Assembly: GCA_032718475.1 (NCBI GenBank)
Contig: JAUCBJ010000082.1
Span: 1-59,142 of the forward strand
Length of the DNA stretch: 59,142 bases
Reading direction: 5' to 3'
Origin: Nemertoderma westbladi
Lineage: Eukaryota; Animalia; Xenacoelomorpha
How positions within the stretch are numbered: position 1 is the first letter of the stretch; the number at the start of each line of letters is the position of its first letter. A model generated the notes under the pieces. The model had not been told where the DNA came from. It saw nothing but the letters and a program-made list of their open reading frames with translations, and did not search any database. Both the position numbers and the translations under genes were made by a program. Shown here piece by piece: positions 1 to 9,896 of the stretch.

Positions 1-1222
1 CTCCAATATGCTTACCTCTTGTATTCATCATCCGATTCAAGTTAGTTATGCAAACATAATGGGATTGTTTTGATTTATTCTTATTTTTTACAAGTAATAT
101 ATTCAATAACTCTTTATCTGGAGTGATTTTACTAAATGGTGCCTGTCTTAATATAGATACTCGATTGTTGTCGTAGAGTAATAAATTAATTATATATGTT
201 GAATTCTGTTTTTCAAAAAGTTTAATTGCAAGCGGCCATTCTGTTGGATAATCTTTGTTGCCGTTGTCAAAAATGAAATGATTCATATAATTTTTGTACT
301 GTGAAGTACGGTTTTTGTTTATCTTCACTTTGCTACTAAATGTTGTAGCTATAATTGCCCATTTAAAACAATCATTATCAGCCGTTTGTATATTTATAAC
401 ACATTGTTTACCTGATAGAGCCTTAGGTAACTCCATATAACCGTGTCCCTTATATAGTAACGACCTATACTTGGATTCAGCTACTTTAATTTCAACCCTT
501 AATAAAGATTTAACACGCCACCCTGAGCCACGAGTGTTAAACATGGCTATTTTTTGCATTAATTTTTCTAATACATACTCAAACCATGTGTCAAAACTTT
601 CATGTGAATCTACGGTATTAACTGCACCACCTGAAGAACTAAAATAGAAAGCTTCTTCTTGATCACCCTCTGAAAAATGTGATCGATACATGAGTATATT
701 CACACCTAGCCAGGGTCTAAGTACATTCATTTCGCTAAGTTTTCCTAATAATAAAGTTTGGATGTGAGGTAGAATTTTAATTAATGATGAATGAATATCA
801 GGAAAATCTTCATCATCTGGAAGATTGTAAACATAGATTTCTAAACGGTTATCGTGTGCATCTCGTTCGATGTTAAAAATTGATGAACCTTGACCAGATT
901 TCAGTCTTTTTCTAGATACCATAGTATTGTTTTGGTTCCGTTGTGGTGGTCTAACATGATAATAACGTTGGTGACAGTCGTGACGTAAGTAATTCTCATA
1001 TAAATACTCTTTATTACAAGTAGGGCAAGTTTTTTCATACACGCAAAACTTCATTTCTTTACATCCCGTAGTCGATTCATGTCGTTTACATATTTCTTCA
1101 CGTGAACATTTCACACGACAATTAAAACAATTGTATTCTTCAAAATGAGATTTCACATGTGTTAAATAATTTCGTTTAGAAATTTGAAGAGGACAAAATG
1201 GACATTTCAATTGTTTATCCAT
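1..1222 (-). CDS. N-terminal ~407 aa of a Polinton-type protein-primed DNA polymerase B with N-terminal C2H2-like zinc fingers (open at the window edge)
   Basis: Hand translation from ATG at 1222 gives no stop: MDKQLKCPFCPLQISKRNYLTHVKSH...NTRGSGWRVKSL...GHGYMELPKALSGKQCVINIQTADNDCFKWAIIA...FEKQN...SHYVCITNLNRM. The motifs GSGW, YxxLP, INIxxxDxxCFxWA, FEKQN and HYxxIxNL are characteristic of Polinton pPolB N-termini. A possible splice acceptor (ttgtttttag) lies just upstream of the ATG. Confidence 0.75.
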   Translation of the reverse strand, partial: MDKQLKCPFCPLQISKRNYLTHVKSHFEEYNCFNCRVKCSREEICKRHESTTGCKEMKFCVYEKTCPTCNKEYLYENYLRHDCHQRYYHVRPPQRNQNNTMVSRKRLKSGQGSSIFNIERDAHDNRLEIYVYNLPDDEDFPDIHSSLIKILPHIQTLLLGKLSEMNVLRPWLGVNILMYRSHFSEGDQEEAFYFSSSGGAVNTVDSHESFDTWFEYVLEKLMQKIAMFNTRGSGWRVKSLLRVEIKVAESKYRSLLYKGHGYMELPKALSGKQCVINIQTADNDCFKWAIIATTFSSKVKINKNRTSQYKNYMNHFIFDNGNKDYPTEWPLAIKLFEKQNSTYIINLLLYDNNRVSILRQAPFSKITPDKELLNILLVKNKNKSKQSHYVCITNLNRMMNTRGKHIG

Positions 1223-1559
1223 CTCTTTATTATCCTAAAAACAATTTAAAATTAATATGAATATTGTTATATATATAATCAAAAAAAAAATTCATAAGCT
1301 ACTCAACACAAATAAAATATAATATCTAAACTTTAATTAATTTAATATTTTCAGAATGAGATCGATTGAATCAGTTGAGCTCTTTATATATATATATATA
1401 TTTCAAGTTTCTACTTATACCAACCAATCATAAATAACAGTTACATTGGAAACTAATATCATAAATAAAGTTGCTTTTACAACTGAATTCTTTATAATAA
1501 AATCAAGTCTAAACCAAGATATGTCTAATGCGTTTTTAATTTTCATTGATAAAGTAGGT

Positions 1560-1700
1560 TTTACATGCAAATGTTTTATTATGGTGGTGTAAACTCACGC
1601 ATTTACATGCGAATGTTTTATACCTAATCCCGTGCTCACATTAAACTATCACCAATATTTACTCAATAAAGTCACCTTTACATGCAAATACTTTATAATA
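1560..1700. promoter_or_regulatory. Repeated TTTACATGC(A/G)AAT motifs (octamer ATGCAAAT-like) upstream of the pPolB ORF
   Basis: Copies at ~1560, ~1602 and ~1677. Confidence 0.3.
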
Positions 1701-1777
1701 ATCACGCTTTGTGATAAAAAGTTACCTTTACAAGTCAGTGTGAAACTGAAAAAGAAAAGTCTCTAGTTAATAATAAA

Positions 1778-2824
1778 TCAATCTGATACTGTTTTTATAT
1801 GTTCCTTATTGTAATCTGCTACCTCTTCACTTGCTTTTGTAACTTTTATTTTCTTTGTAGGTATAGAATCATTGTTGGGAATGGAAGATGATTGAGATGT
1901 AGATCTGCGCTTTCTATCACTCGAGGTCTCTTCGATGTATGTCTTTGGATTAAATGTGGATGAAACTACTTCTGGAAATGACTTATTATCCTTAAACTTC
2001 CAAGTTGGTGGATATAGAATCACGAAACCGTCTGCTATATCAGTTGATGAAACCTTTAACATCATATCGTAGAGAAACTCTATATATGGTATGTCTTTAT
2101 CGTAATGTAACTGTAAATATTTGCTTTCCTTGTCTGTAATAATTACTTTTTTTTCTTGTACATTTATTTTTACTTTAAGTCGGTCAGATAAAGCTACTTT
2201 ATCGTCCGTATCTAGCTCTGAAAAGACACCTTCGTTACTAATTTCATAATTCCATTCATACCACAATGAATTTACTTCCGATGCTGTTAAGTTAAACCCA
2301 TTATAATACCTAAGACCAATAGCATCAGAATATCTAGCTGAAATCTCCCATAGTCCCATATAAGTCGCTCCTTTATATTTGCTTACAAAACCAACAAAAG
2401 ATGGGTTGGTTAAATTAACAACATAACACTGATTTATTATTTCGAGTGGTGGTGATAACAATTCTAATATTTCTGTCTTACTCTGAAGTAATAAATTAAT
2501 GAGTGATTTGTTTAGAATTTGACATTTACCTTGCTTCTGAATATATACGTTTTCAGTAATAACACAGGTGGAAATATTTAACTTTCCTCTTGTAAATTCT
2601 ATATTAGGATAAATATTACCTCTTGAAACTGGTGATTCCTTTTGTCGGTTGAATAATATTTCTAAGACGTCTAGAAGGTAGAGTGTATCCTGGTAAGAGA
2701 AGCACGTTGTTACATTGCTATCGCTTGAGAGTAATATAAAGTACTTGCCATAAACAATACTACAGGTATATTTATTAAATGTAAATTTCCAAGTATTGCT
2801 TGAAGTTTTTTTAAATAAATCCAT
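1778..2824 (-). CDS. 348-aa Polinton accessory protein with a probable PC4-like ssDNA-binding domain
   Basis: Long intronless ORF in AT-rich DNA. The segment FVSKYKGATYMGLWEIS...YNGFNLTASEVNSL resembles the PC4 pattern VSxFxGxxYxxIRE...KGIxLTxEQWxxL. The C-terminus is basic and NLS-like. Confidence 0.5.
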   Translation of the reverse strand: MDLFKKTSSNTWKFTFNKYTCSIVYGKYFILLSSDSNVTTCFSYQDTLYLLDVLEILFNRQKESPVSRGNIYPNIEFTRGKLNISTCVITENVYIQKQGKCQILNKSLINLLLQSKTEILELLSPPLEIINQCYVVNLTNPSFVGFVSKYKGATYMGLWEISARYSDAIGLRYYNGFNLTASEVNSLWYEWNYEISNEGVFSELDTDDKVALSDRLKVKINVQEKKVIITDKESKYLQLHYDKDIPYIEFLYDMMLKVSSTDIADGFVILYPPTWKFKDNKSFPEVVSSTFNPKTYIEETSSDRKRRSTSQSSSIPNNDSIPTKKIKVTKASEEVADYNKEHIKTVSD

Positions 2825-3689
2825 AATTAGAATGAAAACTATTTTGAAAAATAAAAACTAAATAAATGATTATTAGATTGTAAAACTTCTGTTTATATGG
2901 TTGCTTTAATACAGCAGAGTGACTTACAGTGAGGAATATAGTTGCTTCGTGTAACAGATGCAACGTGTACAGCTAAATTTATTACATTAGCGTGAGTTAG
3001 AGAGTGAAATAGCAGTAACGTGTAACAGATGCAACGTGATCAATGCTAGCCCAGTCATTCTAACTTATATTCAACTTAGTTGATCGATCAGTTACATCGA
3101 TAAAAGAAATCGATTATTATTAATAGTCGAATTAATGTATTCTACGCTATAGTAATTATGTTAAGGAACTAGAAGCTATTTATAATCATCTGCTACCAGT
3201 GATGAAGATGAAGAATTCAATGACTATGGTATAACTCAGATATTTATCGCCTTTTTCTCTCGAGGTTGGATGGAAGAGTGATTGGTGAGTTGTGAGGAGT
3301 TATATCAGTCCCGGGTTCGAACCCTGTTGAATATTTTGTTATCTGAAAAATTGCAAAATTAAATTTAGTTACTAGTGAAAAATAGCGATTTGAAAAATAA
3401 TAGAAGTTACCTGATGCTAAGTGTAGACACCCGAACACCTGTAAAATAAAGGTTGGTGATTGGATGCAGTACTAGCGTCGGGGGACTAATAACGCCTCTA
3501 GCGGAATAAGCGGGAACTTGAGAAGTTACCATGGTTACGGATGAAATGCTGTCATCTGATTGGTTGAAATAATAACGACCACCGCAAAAGGTTGAAATGG
3601 TGGCTTCTGATTGGCTGCAGTACCAGAAATGGATGGTAATGATGGACTACGGGTGACCATGATGCCGGGTCACAGTATTGTATACTACT

Positions 3690-5889
3690 GGGGACTCCTT
3701 ATTGGTATACTTCTGGGGGACTCCTTCTTGGTATACTTCTGGGGGACTCCTTCTTGGTATACTTCTGGGGGACTCCTTCTTGGTATACTTCTAGGGGACT
3801 CCTTCTTGGTATACTTCTGGGGGACTCCTTCTTGGTATACTTCTGGGGAACTCCTTCTTGGTATACTTCTGGGGGACTCCTTCTTGGTATACTTCTGGGG
3901 GACTCCTTCTTGGTATACTTCTGGGGGACTCCTTCTTGGTATACTTCTGGGGGACTCCTTCTTGGTATACTTCTGGGGGACTCCTTATTGGTATACTTCT
4001 GGGGGACTCCTTCTTGGTATACTTCTGGGGGACTCCTTCTTGGTATACTTCTGGGGGACTCCTTCTTGGTATACTTCTGGGGGACTCCTTATTGGTATAC
4101 TTCTGGGGGACTCCTTCTTGGTATACTTCTGGGGGACTCCTTATTGGTATACTTCTGGGGGACTCCTTATTGGTATACTTCTGGGGGACTCCTTATTGGT
4201 ATACTTCTGGGGGACTCCTTCTTGGTATACTTCTGGGGGACTCATTGGTATACTTCTGGGGGACTCCTTCTTGGTATACTTCTGGGGGACTCCTTCTTGG
4301 TATACTTCTGGGGGACTCCTTATTGGTATACTTCTGGGGGACTCCTTATTGGTATACTTCTGGGGGACTCCTTCTTGGTATACTTCTGGGGGACTCCTTA
4401 TTGGTATACTTTTGGGGGACTCCTTATTGGTATACTTCTGGGGGACTCCTTATTGGTATACTTCTGGGGGACTCCTTATTGGTATACTTCTGGGGGACTC
4501 CTTATTGGTATACTTCTGGGGGACTCCTTATTGGTATACTTCTGGGGGACTCCTTATTGGTATACTTCTGGGGGACTCCTTATTGGTATACTTCTGGGGG
4601 ACTCCTTATTGGTATACTTCTGGGGGACTCCTTATTGGTATACTTCTGGGGGACTCCTTCTTGGTATACTTCTGGGGGACTCCTTCTTGGTATACTTCTG
4701 GGGGACTCCTTCTTGGTATACTTCTGGGGGACTCCTTATTGGTATACTTCTGGGGGACTCCTTATTGGTATACTTCTGGGGGACTCCTTCTTGGTATACT
4801 TCTGGGGGACTCCTTCTTGGTATACTTCTGGGGGACTCCTTCTTGGTATACTTCTGGGGGACTCCTTATTGGTATACTTCTGGGGGACTCCTTATTGGTA
4901 TACTTCTGGGGGACTCCTTATTGGTATACTTCTGGGGGACTCCTTATTGGTATACTTCTGGGGGACTCCTTATTGGTATACTTCTGGGGGACTCCTTATT
5001 GGTATACTTCTGGGGGACTCCTTATTGGTATACTTCTGGGGGACTCCTTCTTGGTATACTTCTGGGGGACTCCTTATTGGTATACTTCTGGGGGACTCCT
5101 TCTTGGTATACTTCTGGGGGACTCCTTATTGGTATACTTCTGGGGGACTCCTTCTTGGTATACTTCTGGGGGACTCCTTCTTGGTATACTTCTGGGGGAC
5201 TCCTTATTGGTATACTTCTGGGGGACTCCTTCTTGGTATACTTCTGGGGGACTCCTTCTTGGTATACTTCTGGGGGACTCCTTCTTGGTATACTTCTAGG
5301 GGACTCCTTCTTGGTATACTTCTGGGGGACTCCTTCTTGGTATACTTCTGGGGGACTCCTTCTTGGTATACTTCTGGGGGACTCCTTATTGGTATACTTC
5401 TGGGGGACTCCTTCTTGGTATACTTCTGGGGGACTCCTTCTTGGTATACTTCTGGGGGACTCCTTCTTGGTATACTTCTGGGGGACTCCTTCTTGGTATA
5501 CTTCTGGGGGACTCCTTATTGGTATACTTCTGGGGGACTCCTTCTTGGTATACTTCTGGGGGACTCCTTATTGGTATACTTCTGGGGGACTCCTTATTGG
5601 TATACTTCTGGGGGACTCCTTATTGGTATACTTCTGGGGGACTCCTTATTGGTATACTTCTGGGGGACTCCTTATTGGTATACTTCTGGGGGACTCCTTC
5701 TTGGTATACTTCTGGGGGACTCCTCATTGGTATACTTCTGGGGGACTCCTTATTGGTATACTTCTGGGGGACTCCTCATTGGTATACTTCTGGGGGACTC
5801 CTCATTGGTATACTTCTGGGGGACTCCTTATTGGTATACTTCTGGGGGACTCCTCATTGGTATACTTCTGGGGGACTCCTTATTGGTAT
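3690..5889 (+). repeat. 26-bp tandem satellite, left half (~85 copies), consensus GGTATACTTCTGGGGGACTCCTT(A/C)TT
   Basis: Near-perfect tandem array seen directly. Confidence 0.98.
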
Positions 5890-7721
5890 TGTAAGGGTCC
5901 AGTAGTATACCGCTTACCAGATCCTAGTAACGATGTATCTTACTATGAGACTCTAGTAATGTATACGGGCTCGTACAGTATCTGACAACAAATCCCAGTC
6001 CAGGATATCTAAACAAACAGATACAGTACACAAACGACTACTGGCGAGGAACAGAGCCTAGTATCTATTCTATGTACGTGAGCGGGTCTAATGCCTACGT
6101 ACTAGACAGAAGGATACCTGTCCTCTAACCGGTGAGGCAGATGTACAGTTACAGTAACAGACCAAACTCACGGGAAAACAATCCCCGCGCAGCGAATCCT
6201 AACTATCACTGACAGTCCTAAATACAGTAACTTGCCGCGGTGTGATTTATATGGTTTATATACGAGCTAGTGGGTTAACAGACCTAGCGTAACAACACTG
6301 ACAGTCCTAAATCAGTCGAAAAGGGGTCGTACCTAAATGTAACAATAACTGCTGGACAGAAAACAACAGTTTAATAACGAAAGTGAAATACTCCTTATTG
6401 CCGCAACTAAATCAGATCCTAATTTTACAAATACAGACAATTTCCACCTAAAGTAATGTATAGTACGCTATAGCTAGTAGAACTTTAAGGGCAATATGTT
6501 TTAGGGCGTGTGTGTGTGGGTGTGTTACAAATAAAACAATTTCGTGTAATTCCTTTACTAGGTTTTGTGATTTTCTGACTAAATGATACCGTGCGCTAGC
6601 TACTAAAATAAACTAGTCGCGTTTGTAGAACTTTATACTCACGAATGACGTCAAAGCTCTCTCCTTCCTATCCACAACCCAATGGGCAACCACAGTGTTA
6701 GTAACTACACCCGTGATCGGCACTAATACCAGATTCTGGTTGTAAGATAAGAATAGGGGTTAATCGCTACCGTACGTTAGCTGATCTGGTATACTAATTT
6801 TAATTCTAGAACTTTGTTGCTGCGGTAGTTAGCAGCAATACCTATCAGTACGTGGCAAGGCGCGGTAGGATATTAATAAACCTCCCTAGGCCAAGCAGTG
6901 TGCCGGTAGCAGAAATACTCCTTGCCTGATCAAATAGCTAACTCCAGACAGGGGGGGGGGGGGGGGTACTAATGTACGTTCTGCAAAGCGAACCGGTACC
7001 AAACAGTCAGTGCTACGACTCACTAAATTATGGAACATATGCTGTCCGTACCTAATATGTACTCGCGTACTGACGAATGGCAATAGTTCGCACCTGTAGG
7101 AAGTACAGGTTAACCCAGGGATTCGTAGGACTTGACAAAAGGGGGGGGGGGGGGGGGTGTCTGGATATAATTATTTGATCCTAAATTTGCGGCGTCCAGT
7201 ACGGTGTCACGCTTACCCTGATCTATAGGTCTTACGGCGGGCAAGGGCGTCGAACAAAGTCTTACCTTCTCACAAAGCGGGCGCTGCATAGCAAGTGGAG
7301 TATTTCGAAGGGGCAAAGGGGGTGCGCGGTCGATCCAATGTGGGCGCTAGTGTGTTGTGGACATCCCTTCCCTGCGTTGCTTACGGCCTAACGGTCTAGG
7401 CTGCCATCTCCCTGATGTTCGGCTGTCCCGAAGTTGGGCCAAAAGAAAACATGTCAGGAATTTGCAGTATATTTACAGTTTTACAAAGAATTATCAAACG
7501 AAGTTTCAACAAGAAACCGAATAAACTAATTTTAACTAATACTAATAGGAGCTAAGAAGTAGTAGAAGGTGTGGTGATAACCGAAGGCAAACCGGCCTTT
7601 TATACTAAATATTGCACATGGAAACTAAACAGAATTTTCCACAGCTTCACAATTGAGCAATAAAGTGCTTCGTGCCCTATGATTGGCCCAGCTCATCGTT
7701 CAACGCAGTCCGGCCCTTACA
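5890..7721 (-). repeat. 3' LTR of the BEL/Pao element (~1.83 kb)
   Basis: Starts TGTAAGGG and ends CCCTTACA. It matches 19728-19779 plus 21460-23257. A minus-strand TATAAAAG lies at 7597-7604 with GGCCAATCA boxes upstream. Confidence 0.9.
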
Positions 7722-7887
7722 CTAATCTGGGACATGGAATCCTCAGAATTTTCCACTGCCTCACATTTGAGCAATAAGATAATTTATGCCCTATGATTGG
7801 CCTGGCTCATTATTCGCTACGTTGTACGCTTCTCATTGGCCTACCAATTAGCACCAAACGAAAATAAATGGCCCCAAAATACAAATT

Positions 7888-7957
7888 TCCCGACTGGGAT
7901 TCGAACTCGTAACCTATGTAATGTAACCAACGCCTTAACCATCTGACCACTACGCCA
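7888..7957 (-). other. tRNA-derived / Pol III promoter-like segment inside the BEL 3' region
   Basis: Minus strand reads GGCGTAGTGGTCAGATGGTTAAGGCG...GAGTTCGAATCCC (A-box-like and B-box). Acceptor and anticodon stems are poor, so it is not a functional tRNA. Confidence 0.5.
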
Positions 7958-8852
7958 CGAGAGTACCTAAGGGTTTTATGTGTACAAATATGAATAGGCA
8001 TATTACATTACTGTAACTTAATCAAAATACGTCGGATTTTCGAAAGTTTTTACGTTAAAGTTAAACTACAAATGCTACCTTATAGTGAAATAATTCATCA
8101 CCGCTCCATGAAAACAGTAAGTAAGACTGTTTTCACCAATCGAAATATAAAATATTTACAAACTATTTCTAAATTTACTGGTAGGGCCTAAAATATAAAA
8201 TATAATCACTATCTAATTATTGCATACTTAATATTGCAGATACGGCGTAAATACAATCGATCGTACATACAAATACAAATTTACGAATTAACTTTAGTGC
8301 CTAAAATACAAAAAAAAGGCTTTCGGTTATCAAGGTAAGCAAATTAAACAAATCAGAACAAATAAATCAAAACAAATCGAACAAATAAATCAAACTCTTT
8401 CGATAAATCTTTATATATTGTAAATATACATAATAAACCTTCACCAAATTAAATCAATCCAAATATAACATAAACATAATGCGCTAATAACTTTCAATAA
8501 TGTCCTCCTGACGATCTGAAAAGTTCGTCCTGCTGGTCTGGATGTCTTCTCCTGAGCACTAATTGCTAACGGTAGGCTCGCAAGCCTTCCTTTCCATATA
8601 TCGTTCTTCCAAACCCAACGTCCGATATAAATACCCAAATATAATATCCAAATATAAAATATCCAATATAAATATCCAATATAACATCCAAATATAATAT
8701 CTGAATATAATATCTGAATATAATATCCTTTCTTCTCGCTTTCCTATTCCTTGGCCGACCGGGCTCGTCCACGTCCTCTATTGCGATTGGGTGGTGGTCG
8801 AGGTCGAACTGGGCTCGGACTTCGGCGTCGAGTTGTCGGTGGTTCCAAAACG

Positions 8853-9104
8853 CTAGGAAAGGGGACGACGGGAGATGAGACGACCGCCTTCTTGGTAACG
8901 CAGACTTTGGTGGTTTGGGCAACGCGCTAATATCGGTTCGGGGTTCTCGCAAACGTCGCTGGCGTCGCATAACGCATCGTAGTTGTACAACGCTTTGAAC
9001 TCCGCGCGTAACTCTTCCGCTCTTTTGTTATAAGCGTCCAATCGCTGTCGCGTAACGTTTGGATCCGCCTTGGATTTAGCAAGCTTGGCTGTACTCCTAG
9101 CCAT
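8853..9104 (-). CDS. Putative 83-aa accessory ORF in the BEL 3' region (MARSTAKLAKSKADPNVTRQRLDAYNKRAEELRAEFKALY...)
   Basis: GC-richer coding-like island downstream of pol. It is preceded by a textbook branch point/acceptor CTAAC-ctctgtttgtgcttcctc-TAG ending at 9203. Confidence 0.4.
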   Translation of the reverse strand: MARSTAKLAKSKADPNVTRQRLDAYNKRAEELRAEFKALYNYDALCDASDVCENPEPILARCPNHQSLRYQEGGRLISRRPLS

Positions 9105-9896
9105 ACTCTCCACTCCAAACAGGTTAAAGTTTTGGCCCCATATCGGTTGAACGGCGCCTGGTGCTCCTATTCCTGCGTGGATCCCTGATAATAGTGTTTC
9201 TACTAGAGGAAGCACAAACAGAGGTTAGATGTGAGGAGACTTAGAGTTTGTCGGCTTTTGGCTCAACTCTGCTCTAAACCCCAACCCATTTGCCTAATGA
9301 CTTCGGGTTCGCGTGATTTCGCACTGGCTCCTAATCCAAAAAATTGTGCCGATAAAAAACGAATTCCGGGTAAACTAGCCGCGAGTCTAAAATACTCACC
9401 TTTTAATTTCCCATGCTACATTTCCCAAGAAAAATAATGCAGTCGAGAATTAATTGGTCTAAATAATAGTAGACACGACTACGTAGAACAAGGCCGATTT
9501 TCTTTTCCAAAAAAAATTTTATCGGTAGGCTCGCAAGCCTTCCATCCGCTCTTGTCCTCCCCAATTTTAATTTTTATCTAGCTGTATTCTAGAATTTGCT
9601 TTCACTGGAGAATCGTTTTTCTTAAATTTAAATCCAAATAAATGGATTTGTCTAATAATTTTTGAAAAATTGTCTCACTTGTGGGTTCCAAGTGGAATTC
9701 CATTCCTACTGTACACACAATCCCGCTCCTATGTGATACATAAGGGTACTACCCTCCATGTTCACGTATAAAGACAATGGAATTCCACCGCTGTCTCTAT
9801 CTACAGTGAAGAGGATTACAAATGCACGTACAGTAATACAAATACAAATAACTAAAATACAGTAGGTCTATGTGGCGGCCAACAAAGGTCCCACAT

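Larger units (their letters stand above)
1..3689 (-). mobile_element. Polinton/Maverick (adintovirus-like) element, terminal part; continues left of the window
   Basis: Contains a pPolB N-terminal ORF and a PC4-like ORF. It ends in ...GTATACTACT (5'-AGTAGT on the minus strand), the short-repeat AG terminus typical of Polintons. The right boundary is inferred because the other end is not visible. Confidence 0.65.

Noticed and set aside
3690-5889. CRISPR-like array
   Set aside because: The repeats are directly adjacent with no unique spacers, the context is eukaryotic, and there are no cas genes.
3611-5985. Long ORFs of repeating LVYFWGTPSWYTSGGLLLGILLGDS (also 23331-25645)
   Set aside because: They are an artefact of a stop-free 26-bp satellite open in all three frames. 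There is no unique domain or sign of codon-level selection.
6886-7316. Small ORFs in the LTRs (duplicated at 22428-22852)
   Set aside because: They are short, use TTG starts and span variable poly-G runs. They are duplicated only because the LTR is.
7888-7957. Functional tRNA gene or self-encoded primer tRNA
   Set aside because: The stems do not form a canonical cloverleaf and the 3' end does not match the PBS position. It is kept only as tRNA-like.
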